This document shows, piece after piece, positions 28,428 to 37,089 of a DNA stretch of 64,000 bases. The notes under the pieces are model-generated. The model ran no database searches and was not told where the DNA came from. It worked only from the letters and a program-made list of their open reading frames with translations. Origin of the DNA: Tubulanus polymorphus (Eukaryota; Animalia; Nemertea); NCBI RefSeq assembly GCF_964204645.1, contig NC_134025.1, positions 15,723,101 to 15,787,100 on the forward strand, read 5' to 3'. The position numbers were made by a program, and so were the translations under genes. Position 1 is the stretch's first letter; the number at the start of each line of letters is the position of its first letter.

Positions 28428-28669
28428 TGTCGAGAACAGGATGTTTATGTAAATATGTCAGTAACCATATAGTTTTCACTCCCCCTTAGCCTATGTAGCG
28501 AATCATCATATATATTAGCATGCGCATGTGCAGTCGGGACAGGTGGTTAGCCTGTGTGTGACCGAAATAAACGAGTATCTTATGATCTGTAGACTGAACC
28601 CGTCGTGTTTTTAGTCTTTCTCTTCTTTTATCTCCGAACCTGGTCTTCTTTGTGACTCGCAACGCCACA
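28428..28669 (+). repeat. 5' LTR (242 bp)
   Basis: Starts TGTCGAGAAC and ends AACGCCACA. Identical to 34195-34436 except T28474 versus G34241. Confidence 0.97.
28509..28515 (+). promoter_or_regulatory. Candidate TATA-like element in the LTR
   Basis: TATATAT lies about 55 bp upstream of the AATAAA signal, a position consistent with U3. Motif match only. Confidence 0.4.
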
Positions 28670-28670
28670 T

Positions 28671-28688
28671 TGGTGCCGTGACCAGGAT
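28671..28688 (+). promoter_or_regulatory. Primer-binding site complementary to tRNA-His(GUG)
   Basis: TGGTGCCGTGACCAGGAT begins 1 nt after the 5' LTR. It is the reverse complement of the 3' end (ATCCTGGTCACGGCA-CCA) of animal, insect-type tRNA-His as recalled from known sequences. Confidence 0.88.
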
Positions 28689-28769
28689 CAGCCGAATGGA
28701 GGATACTCACCACTATACCGGTCGACAATCACACGAACTGCAATCAGGCAGAAAGTTGATGATCTCGTC

Positions 28770-29237
28770 GTGAAATCGTCAACAATCGTCGAAGATTTTC
28801 GAACGACCGAAGACGATGTAGATTTACTAAATATCTACATCGAGCAGATCACAGAAAAGTTAAGTCGACTAGAGAAGCTAGACTCGACGATCGAGGACCT
28901 AACTCCTTTAACGCATCTTTCAGACACGATTCAAGAAGCAGAGGACTTCAGATCTAGCGTCATCGAAAAACGCGGCCGAATAATCCGATTTGTAGAAAAG
29001 GCGAAGCACACAACGCAACCTCATAATTCTTCGATGAATAATTCCGGTGCATCTGCGACGCCATTTCGCCCGAACAAGGTAAATCTACCTAAACTTACGC
29101 TCGCCAAATTCGACGGCGATTTACTCAAATGGCAGGAATTCATAGACGGATTCAATTCAGCGGTCAACGACGACCCGAATCTCGACGACGTCGTTAAGTT
29201 CCAATACTTACGCGCACAACTTAACGGCGAAGCTTAG
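28770..29237 (+). CDS. gag: N-terminal gag fragment (helical region and start of the BEL/Pao DUF1759-like domain)
   Basis: LPKLTLAKFDGDLLKWQEFIDGF...LDDVVKFQYL matches the typical BEL/Pao gag motif. The frame is open from 28656. The GTG start is only the ORF-caller's choice. Confidence 0.85.
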   Translation: MKSSTIVEDFRTTEDDVDLLNIYIEQITEKLSRLEKLDSTIEDLTPLTHLSDTIQEAEDFRSSVIEKRGRIIRFVEKAKHTTQPHNSSMNNSGASATPFRPNKVNLPKLTLAKFDGDLLKWQEFIDGFNSAVNDDPNLDDVVKFQYLRAQLNGEA

Positions 29238-29339
29238 AGAACGATCGAGGGTCTGGCCCTCACCGCGTCGAATTATGCGAACGCACTTCAAGTACTGATA
29301 AAAAGGTATGGGCAACCGCAAATCATTATCAGTGCATAT

Positions 29340-32300
29340 ATGCGAGCGTTATGGGAACTTTTGCGACCGACAGAAGACATGCAGAGTCTGATGGAATTTT
29401 CGGACAAACTGGAAACATATATCCGAGGACTAAGTGCGCTCGGAAAAAACGAAGATAGCTACGGAGATTTGTTGACTCCGATTATCTTAGATAAACTGCC
29501 TGGGATGATACGACGACAGATAACGAGGGATAATAACGGCGCGAATTGGAATCTCCAGTCGTTGCGAGATGCCCTTTCGAGAGAGATAACAGCGTTCCAG
29601 GCAGGAGTTTCAGTGTACCCAGAAACTGCTCACCTGGGTACCACGTCAGCGTTCCACGTGGGCAATGCGATCAAGAGAAAACCATTAAAATGTACATTTT
29701 GTAAAGGGACACATTTCGCGTCAGATTGTGTTCTTGTAACCGAACCAGAGAAACGCCTGGATATCGTTAAACGAGATAAACTTTGTTTTAATTGCATGGG
29801 CACTCATCGTTCTCGGGACTGTAAATCCAAGAACACATGTAAAAAGTGCAGAGGGAAACATCACACGTTACTATGTGGTTCCTCCCTTACAGAAACGCGC
29901 GAGATTTCTACGAAAGATCGACCACAAAACGGAAGCAGAAGCGATTCTCACGATATAAAAACTGTTCATCAAACGTATGCCGGCGCCCAACAACCACGAC
30001 CAGATGGGCCCATACTTCTTAAAACAGCTGTGGCGGAGATTTTTTCGCCATCAACTTCCGCTAATAACCGCTCGAATGGTCGTAAGATAAACATTTTACT
30101 GGACGAAGGCAGCCATAGATCGTTTATCACGACGCGAATTTCTGTCAGCTTAAATCTCCCACATCTGGGCCAAGAGGAAATCAATCTAGCGACGTTCGGA
30201 GAACAACTGGCCGGTCGGCGATTACTTCAAAGAACGAACTTTAACATCGCGTCATCAGAGGGTTCACCGATACTAATTGAAGCCCTCGTGATACCGACCA
30301 TCTCCACGCCAATCAGCAATCTTGTAAACAATAAAGTTTTGGATCTTCCGCATCTGCGAAACCTAACTCTAGCGGAACAGCCATCATCAATAACCGGCGA
30401 CTTTGATATCGATGTATTAATTGGCGCCGATTACTACTGGTCTATAGTCGGCGATAATACCGTGAAGGGCTACGGCCCGACTGCCGTTTCATCACGTATA
30501 GGGTATCTCTTATCAGGGCCCATACCGAGCCACACCTTACTCACCGGAGTAAGGAATTCAACCGTTCTCAACGTATCTTGTGTGAGAAATATGGATCTCA
30601 ATTCGCACCGCGGAGAGGAAGTCTCATTACAATCGTTTTGGGACTTAGAAACGATCGGCATCAAAGATGACGCTTCTTTGATAAAAAACCGTGGACTTGC
30701 TTATTCGGACTATATTAAAACCCATCTAACTGTTGATAGCGATGGACGCTATACTGCGAAACTACCTTGGAAAGAAAGCCACGCCCCCTTGCCGGACAAC
30801 AGACACGTGGCCGAAGCACGGACTCGCAGTATGATACGCCGTTTATCCGCAGAAATGAGAACCGTATACGATGCAATAATTGAAGAACAACTGTCGCGTG
30901 ATTTCATAGAGGATGTAACACATGACATCTCTAGTATCGGACACTATTTACCCCACCGAGGAGTAAAAAAGGACTCTACTACCACGCCCCTCAGAATCGT
31001 TTTCGACTGCAGTTGTAGAGTCGGAAGCGAACCGTCGTTGAATGATTGCTTGGAAACTGGACCCCCGCTCCTAAACGATTTGGTATCTATATTGTTGCGA
31101 TTTCGATTGTACTCTACGGGAATATCCACCGATATCGAAAAGGCATTTTTACAAATAAGACTCCACGAACACGATCGGAAGTATACCAAATTCTTGTGGT
31201 TAACCGACCCGAATGATCCAGAAAGCGATTTCAAAGTACTTCAGTTTAAAAGTATCCTGTTCGGAGCGGTCTCGAGCCCGTTTGTCCTTAATGCCACAGT
31301 CAAATCCCACTTAGCCAATTACGATTGCGAAACCGCGGGGAAATTGGCCGAAAACATATACGTGGATAATATCGTCACTGGAGTAACATCTGAGGACAAA
31401 GCGATAAACTTTTATGCACAATCAAACGAAATAATGAATTCTGCAGGCTTGGCCCTCAGAGCGTGGGCAACTAATTGCCAGAGACTGCGTAACTTGGCGA
31501 GCTCGGATGGAGTAGCCGAGTCGAAACCCATCGCGAACGTCCTCGGGATCCGATGGGACACTCATAACGACACCCTTAGCATCAAGGTAGATGACGGAAC
31601 GTCCGATCTGGTGACAAAACGGGAGGTAGTTAGCGCGGCGTCGAAGTTATATGATCCGCTTGGTTTTCTGGCCCCCGTACAGGTCAGGGCTAAGATGTAC
31701 ATCCAGGAACTCTGGAAACTTAATCTAGGCTGGGACGACCCAGTAGAGGACGAATCAATGCGAGAAAAATGGTTCTCGATTCGGAATGATTTGTCACGTG
31801 CGTCAGAAATTGTGTTATCAAGGAAATACTTAAGTCAACCGCAAACCCAGAATTATGAAATACACGTGTTTGCTGATAGTAGCAAAGCAGCATTTGGAGC
31901 TGTGGTTTATTTACGAAACCAGCATGATACATCGTTTGTTATGTCTAAGACACGTGTCGCACCAGTAAAGGAATTAACTATTCCACGACTGGAATTACTT
32001 GCTGCTTTGACCGGTTCGAAGCTTATCGATTACGTAACTGAATCGCTCGGTTCCGAAATCGCTATAACCAAAAAAGTGCTTTGGAGCGATAGTCAGATTG
32101 TACTTTGTTGGTTGAACTCCGATCGAAAGTTACCAGTATTCGTCAGCAACCGCGTGAAACAGATTAAATCTATCAAAATTGACGAGTACCGTTACTGCCC
32201 GACGTCAGATAATCCGGCAGACATACTATCGCGTGGAATCGACTCCGAGAAACTACGGCATTCTAATTTGTGGTGGTTTGGCCCCGAATGGCTGAAACAT

Positions 32301-34022
32301 GGCGACTGGCCCGTGGATAAATTATACGCTGACACTAGTACAGTTAATATCCTCCACATCAACGATCCTCAACCCGGGCAGGTTGAAGACGCGGAGGACG
32401 AACGGATTGGTTTGGTAGAAATAATCGACATTGAACGATTCATAGAGTTGGGATCATTATTACGTGTCACCGCTTACGTTTTCTTGTTTGTCGCGAAACT
32501 TCAACGCCAGACAGATCGGTCCGCCGCGGATCTGACGCCGAATGATATAGCCCGAGCTAGAACGGCGTGGATTAAAGCTGTGCAAAATGCTAATTATTCG
32601 AATGAAATTTTCGTGCTGCAGGGTAATCATGCAAAATCGCGAGCGCCCCTGACAAAACAGCTACGGTTGTTTATTGGCGATGATAGCTTGTTGAGAGTTG
32701 GAGGGAGACTCCATAACGCCCCGATTGATTATGGTGCGAAATTCCCAATATTACTACCCCCGAAAGGGCGATTTACCGAGTTAACTGTGATTGATGCTCA
32801 CGCGAGAGCACTTCATTTGGGTACAGAATCAACGATTAACCGTATTCGACAAACGTATTGGATTCAAAGTATCAGGAAAGTCGTTAAATCTCTGTTGCGA
32901 AAATGTTACAATTGCAAAATCATTAGTGGTCAGCCATACCCACTACCGGACCCTGCACCGTTGCAGAAGAGCAGGCTGACAGATGCCCCTCCCTTTACCG
33001 TAACGGGAGTGGATTTCACCGGACATTTGTTCGTGAGAGATAACAACAGAGAAGCGAAAGCGTATATAGTCTTGTTTACATGTGCGAACACACGTGCCGT
33101 TCATCTCGAGGTTGTTTCTGATATGTCGTGTGCCACATTTCTTCTCGCCTTCCGACGTTTCGCCGCACGTCGATCCTTACCTCAAAAGTTGATAAGTGAT
33201 AACGGATCGGCATTCGTGGCCGCGGCGGGAGAATTAAAGAAGCTTCTCGATATTCATTCGGTTCGAAAATACATGCTCGAGAAAAATGTTGAATGGGTAT
33301 TTATACCAAAGGCCGCCCCATGGCATGGTGGCTTTTGGGAACGTTTAGTTGGACTTACGAAACAAGTTCTGAAACGTGTTTTAGTCCGCGCATACATATC
33401 GATGTCTGAACTTATTACGCTCGTCGCGGAAATCGAAATGGTGATCAACAACCGCCCGCTTACGTATTTGTCCGATGACGTAACTGACCCAGAACCGCTA
33501 ACACCATCGCACCTCCTTCACGGACGAGTTATGTCGAATCTACCGCACCTATCTGATACCGATGCTATCAGTGATCCGGAGTATGGTGTTTCGATAAACA
33601 CACAAAACCTCCAGAAACGCGCACAAAGAGTGATGGAACTCTTCGAACATTTTCGGTCTCGTTGGACCAACGAATACGTTATTGCGCTACGTGAACGACA
33701 TCTGTCCATGCGAAATAATGGCAGAACAAGCGAGATTCGATCAGGAGACGTTGTACTCGTACACGACGACCAAAAACGTAGAATTAACTGGAAGCTTGCG
33801 ATCGTAACGAAACTGAACTACGGGAACGACGGCGCAGTTCGTTCAGCAGAAATTAGAATGGGCACTACAAATACTAGCCGACCTATGAATAAACTGTTCC
33901 CGCTTGAAATTAACACCGATATGGACTTTAAAGAGCCTGGCCCCGTTATAGCCTCCGATCCGCGACCCGTGCGAAACGCAGCGCGAAAGGCTCGTGCAAA
34001 AATCGTCGAATGTTTGAAATAG
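29340..34022 (+). CDS. pol: Remainder of the gag-pol polyprotein (1560 aa): gag C-terminus, three zinc knuckles, aspartic protease, reverse transcriptase, RNase H, integrase
   Basis: Three Cx2Cx3Hx4C knuckles (29691-29876). Protease LLDEGS (~30100). RT YLPH, LRIVFD, DIEKAF, FGAVSSPF, YVDN (31359-31370). RNase H FADSS, WSDS, NPAD (~31870-32222). Integrase H-H-C-C, then VDFTG, SDNG and WERLV (D,D,E; ~33012-33340). C-terminal RWTNEY/GDVVLV/WKLAIV domain. Confidence 0.95.
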   Translation: MRALWELLRPTEDMQSLMEFSDKLETYIRGLSALGKNEDSYGDLLTPIILDKLPGMIRRQITRDNNGANWNLQSLRDALSREITAFQAGVSVYPETAHLGTTSAFHVGNAIKRKPLKCTFCKGTHFASDCVLVTEPEKRLDIVKRDKLCFNCMGTHRSRDCKSKNTCKKCRGKHHTLLCGSSLTETREISTKDRPQNGSRSDSHDIKTVHQTYAGAQQPRPDGPILLKTAVAEIFSPSTSANNRSNGRKINILLDEGSHRSFITTRISVSLNLPHLGQEEINLATFGEQLAGRRLLQRTNFNIASSEGSPILIEALVIPTISTPISNLVNNKVLDLPHLRNLTLAEQPSSITGDFDIDVLIGADYYWSIVGDNTVKGYGPTAVSSRIGYLLSGPIPSHTLLTGVRNSTVLNVSCVRNMDLNSHRGEEVSLQSFWDLETIGIKDDASLIKNRGLAYSDYIKTHLTVDSDGRYTAKLPWKESHAPLPDNRHVAEARTRSMIRRLSAEMRTVYDAIIEEQLSRDFIEDVTHDISSIGHYLPHRGVKKDSTTTPLRIVFDCSCRVGSEPSLNDCLETGPPLLNDLVSILLRFRLYSTGISTDIEKAFLQIRLHEHDRKYTKFLWLTDPNDPESDFKVLQFKSILFGAVSSPFVLNATVKSHLANYDCETAGKLAENIYVDNIVTGVTSEDKAINFYAQSNEIMNSAGLALRAWATNCQRLRNLASSDGVAESKPIANVLGIRWDTHNDTLSIKVDDGTSDLVTKREVVSAASKLYDPLGFLAPVQVRAKMYIQELWKLNLGWDDPVEDESMREKWFSIRNDLSRASEIVLSRKYLSQPQTQNYEIHVFADSSKAAFGAVVYLRNQHDTSFVMSKTRVAPVKELTIPRLELLAALTGSKLIDYVTESLGSEIAITKKVLWSDSQIVLCWLNSDRKLPVFVSNRVKQIKSIKIDEYRYCPTSDNPADILSRGIDSEKLRHSNLWWFGPEWLKHGDWPVDKLYADTSTVNILHINDPQPGQVEDAEDERIGLVEIIDIERFIELGSLLRVTAYVFLFVAKLQRQTDRSAADLTPNDIARARTAWIKAVQNANYSNEIFVLQGNHAKSRAPLTKQLRLFIGDDSLLRVGGRLHNAPIDYGAKFPILLPPKGRFTELTVIDAHARALHLGTESTINRIRQTYWIQSIRKVVKSLLRKCYNCKIISGQPYPLPDPAPLQKSRLTDAPPFTVTGVDFTGHLFVRDNNREAKAYIVLFTCANTRAVHLEVVSDMSCATFLLAFRRFAARRSLPQKLISDNGSAFVAAAGELKKLLDIHSVRKYMLEKNVEWVFIPKAAPWHGGFWERLVGLTKQVLKRVLVRAYISMSELITLVAEIEMVINNRPLTYLSDDVTDPEPLTPSHLLHGRVMSNLPHLSDTDAISDPEYGVSINTQNLQKRAQRVMELFEHFRSRWTNEYVIALRERHLSMRNNGRTSEIRSGDVVLVHDDQKRRINWKLAIVTKLNYGNDGAVRSAEIRMGTTNTSRPMNKLFPLEINTDMDFKEPGPVIASDPRPVRNAARKARAKIVECLK

Positions 34023-34181
34023 TTGCATAATAGTTACTATCAATGCCTGAATTTACTATTTAATCGTATTTTGAATTAACGTTTAGTTGTTTATTGATTT
34101 CCATAAGCTTTATTTACTTAATCCATTGTAATGATTAGTCATATATCTCTCCGTTCTTACTCTTTATTTGTTTACCTTTGT

Positions 34182-34194
34182 CGCCCCGGAGAAA
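34182..34194 (+). promoter_or_regulatory. Polypurine-tract region (plus-strand priming)
   Basis: CGCCCCGGAGAAA abuts the 3' LTR. The purine run GGAGAAA is short, so the call rests mainly on position. Confidence 0.65.
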
Positions 34195-34436
34195 TGTCGA
34201 GAACAGGATGTTTATGTAAATATGTCAGTAACCATATAGTGTTCACTCCCCCTTAGCCTATGTAGCGAATCATCATATATATTAGCATGCGCATGTGCAG
34301 TCGGGACAGGTGGTTAGCCTGTGTGTGACCGAAATAAACGAGTATCTTATGATCTGTAGACTGAACCCGTCGTGTTTTTAGTCTTTCTCTTCTTTTATCT
34401 CCGAACCTGGTCTTCTTTGTGACTCGCAACGCCACA
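34195..34436 (+). repeat. 3' LTR (242 bp)
   Basis: Direct repeat of 28428-28669 at an offset of 5767 bp; 241/242 positions identical. Confidence 0.97.
34333..34338 (+). terminator. Candidate polyadenylation signal AATAAA in the 3' LTR
   Basis: AATAAA (also at 28566-28571 in the 5' LTR) is followed about 30-60 nt later by a T/GT-rich tract. Confidence 0.6.
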
Positions 34437-34441
34437 ACTTT
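34437..34441 (+). repeat. 3' target-site duplication ACTTT
   Basis: Directly follows ...GCCACA and matches 28423-28427. Confidence 0.95.
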
Positions 34442-35460
34442 TTCATTTTTTCGATGGAACCAATAATCGACGAGCAAACGTCTTTTCTCGCGCTAAAAGA
34501 TGTTTTCGGGCCGAAATGTGCTTTTCCCGTCGATTTGAGTGCTTTTGCGCTTCGACATTTACATTTTTCCGATAATACGAAAAGTCGACGAGCAAACGTC
34601 TTTTCTCTCTCTGAACGACGCTTTCGGGCCGAAATGTGCTTTTCTCGTCGATTTGAGCGCTTTTGGGCATCGACATTAACATTTTTCCAATAAAACGAAT
34701 TATCGACGACCAAACGTCTTTTCTCGCGCTGAACGACGCTTTCGGGCCGAAATGTGCTTTTCTCGTCGATTTGAGCGCTTTTGCGCATCGACATTAACAT
34801 TTTTCCAATAAAACGAATTATCGACGACCAAACGTCTTTTCTCGCGCTGAACGACGCTTTCGGGCCGAAATCTGCTTTTCCTGTCGATTTGAGTGATTTT
34901 GAATATCGACTTTTTCATTTTTTCGATGGAACCAATAATCGACGAGCAAAACGTCTTTTCTCGCGCTAAACGACGTTTTCGGGCCGAAATGTGCTTTTCC
35001 CGTCGATTTGAGCGCTTTTGCGCATCGACATTTGCATTTTTCCGATAAAACGAAAAGTCGACGAGCAAACGTCTTTTCTCGCGCTTAACGACGTTTTCGG
35101 GCTGAAATGTGCTTTTCCCGTCGATTTGAGCGCTTTCACGCTTCGACATTTAGATTTTTCCGATCAAACGAAAAGTCGACGAGCAAACGTCTTTTCTCGC
35201 GCTTAACGACGTTTTCGGGCTGAAATGTGCTTTTCCTGTCGATTTGAGTGATTTTGAATATCGACAATTACATTTTTCCGATAAAGCGAATTATCGACGA
35301 CCAAATGTCTTTTCTCGCGCTGAACGACGCTTTCGGGCCGAAATGTGCTTTTCCTGTCGATTTGAGTGATTTTGAATATCGACAATTACATTTTTCCGAT
35401 AAAACGAATTATCGACGACCAAATGTCTTTTCTCGCGCTGAACGACGCTTTCGGGCCGAA
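34437..35460. repeat. 118-bp satellite, subfamily B island, right of the retrotransposon (~9 monomers)
   Basis: B-type monomers resume in register at the TSD and switch to A-type at GGGCCGAA|AAGTGCTTTTCCTGACG (~35460). Confidence 0.95.
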
Positions 35461-37089
35461 AAGTGCTTTTCCTGACGATTTGAGCCCTTTCACGCATCGA
35501 CATATTCTTTTTTTCCGATAGGGGGAATATTTGATACGAAAACGTTTTTTCTCGCGCTGAACGACGTTTTCGGGTCGAAAAGTGCTCTTCCTGACGATTT
35601 GAGCGCTTTTACGCATCGACATTTTCGTTTTTACGATAGGGGGCATATTTGATACGAAAACGTCTTTTTGCGGGCGGAACGACGTTTTCGCGTCGAAAAG
35701 TGCTTTTCCTGACGATTTGAGCCCTTTCACGCATCGACATATTCTTTTTTTCCGATAGGGGGAATATTTGATACGAAAACGTTTTTTCTCGCGCTGAACG
35801 ACGTTTTCGGGTCGAAAAGTGCTCTTCCTGACGATTTGAGCGCTTTTACGCATCGACATTTTCGTTTTTACGATAGGGGGCATATTTGATACGAAAACGT
35901 CTTTTTGCGGGCGGAACGACGTTTTCGCGTCGAAAAGTGCTTTTCCTGACGATTTGAGCGCTTTTACGCATCGACATTTTCGTTTTTCCGATAGGGGGAA
36001 TATTTGATACGAAAACGTCTTTTCTCGCGCTTAACGACGTTTTCGCGTCGAAAAGTGCTTTTCCTGACGATTTGAGCGCTTTTACGCATCGACATTTTCG
36101 TTTTTCCGATAGGGGGAATATTTGATACGAAAACGTCTTTTCTCGCGCTGAACGACGTTTTCGGGTGGAAAAGTGCTTTTCCTGACGGTTTGAGCCCTTT
36201 CACGCATCGACATTTTCGTTTTTCCGATAGGGGGAATATTTGATACGAAAACGTCTTTTCTCGCGCTGAACGACGTTTTCGGGTCGAAAAGTGCTTTTCC
36301 TGACGATTTGAGCCCTTTCACGCATCGACATATTCTTTTTTCCGATAGGGGGAATATTTGATACGAAAACGTTTTTTCTCGCGCTGAACGACGTTTTCGG
36401 GTCGAAAAGTGCTCTTCCTGACGATTTGAGCGCTTTTACGCATCGACATTTTCGTTTTTACGATAGGGGGCATATTTGATACGAAAACGTCTTTTTGCGG
36501 GCGGAACGACGTTTTCGCGTCGAAAAGTGCTTTTCCTGACGATTTGAGCGCTTTTACGCATCGACATTGTCGTTTTTCCGATAGGGGGAATATTTGATAC
36601 GAAAATGTCTTTTCTCGCGCTGAACGACGTTTTCGCGTCGAGAGTGCTTTTCCTGACGATTTGAGCGCTTTTACGCATTGACATTTTCGTTTTTCCGATA
36701 GAGGAATTTGATACGAAAACGTCTTTTCTCGCGCTGAACGACGTTTTCGCGTCGAAAAGTGCTTTTCCTGACGATTTGAGCCCTTTTACACATTGACATT
36801 TTCGTTTTTCCGGTAGGGGGAGTATTTGATACGAAAACGTTTTTTTCTCGCGCTGAACGACGTTTTCGCGTCGAAAAGTGCTTTTCCTGACGATTTGAGC
36901 GCTTTTACACATCGACATTTTCGTTTTTCCGATAGAGGAATTTGATACGAAAACGTCTTTTCTCGCGCTGAACGACGTTTTCGCGTCGAAAAGTGCTTTT
37001 CCTGACGATTTGAGCCCTTTTACGCATTGATATTTTCGTTTTTCCGGTAGGGGGAGTATTTGATACGAAAACGTCTTTTCTCGCGCTGA

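Larger units (their letters stand above)
28696..34022 (+). pseudogene. BEL/Pao gag-pol polyprotein gene, apparently interrupted (5' ATG out of frame; in-frame TAG at 29235-29237)
   Basis: ORFs 28770-29237 and 29340-34022 are in the same frame. The gap translates as continuous gag-like sequence: YLRAQLNGEA*RTIEGLALTASNYANALQVLIKRYGQP. The first ATG after the PBS (28696) is in a different frame. Confidence 0.75.
28428..34436 (+). mobile_element. Full-length BEL/Pao (Belpaoviridae) LTR retrotransposon, 6,009 bp
   Basis: Paired 242-bp TGT...ACA LTRs, 5-bp TSD, PBS, a short PPT, and gag (triple zinc knuckle)-PR-RT-RNaseH-IN domain order. BEL/Pao-type motifs: SLNDCLETGP, DIEKAFLQI, YVDN, TIPRLEL, NPAD, PWHGGFWERLV. 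No env ORF. Confidence 0.97.

Noticed and set aside
28671-28688. tRNA gene fragment
   Set aside because: It is an 18-nt complement to a tRNA 3' end including the CCA, positioned next to the LTR. This is a primer-binding site, not a tRNA gene.
31359-31370. RT catalytic motif YVDN rather than YxDD, suggesting an inactive enzyme
   Set aside because: YVDN is a recognised natural variant in BEL/Pao reverse transcriptases, so it is not evidence of decay or novelty.
29969-34043. Short antisense and alternate-frame ORFs inside the retrotransposon
   Set aside because: They are 62-96 aa shadows of the pol frame with no recognisable motifs.
34023-34181. Possible env or accessory gene between pol and the 3' LTR
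   Set aside because: Only about 160 bp of AT-rich sequence with no ORF of meaningful length; interpreted as 3' UTR.
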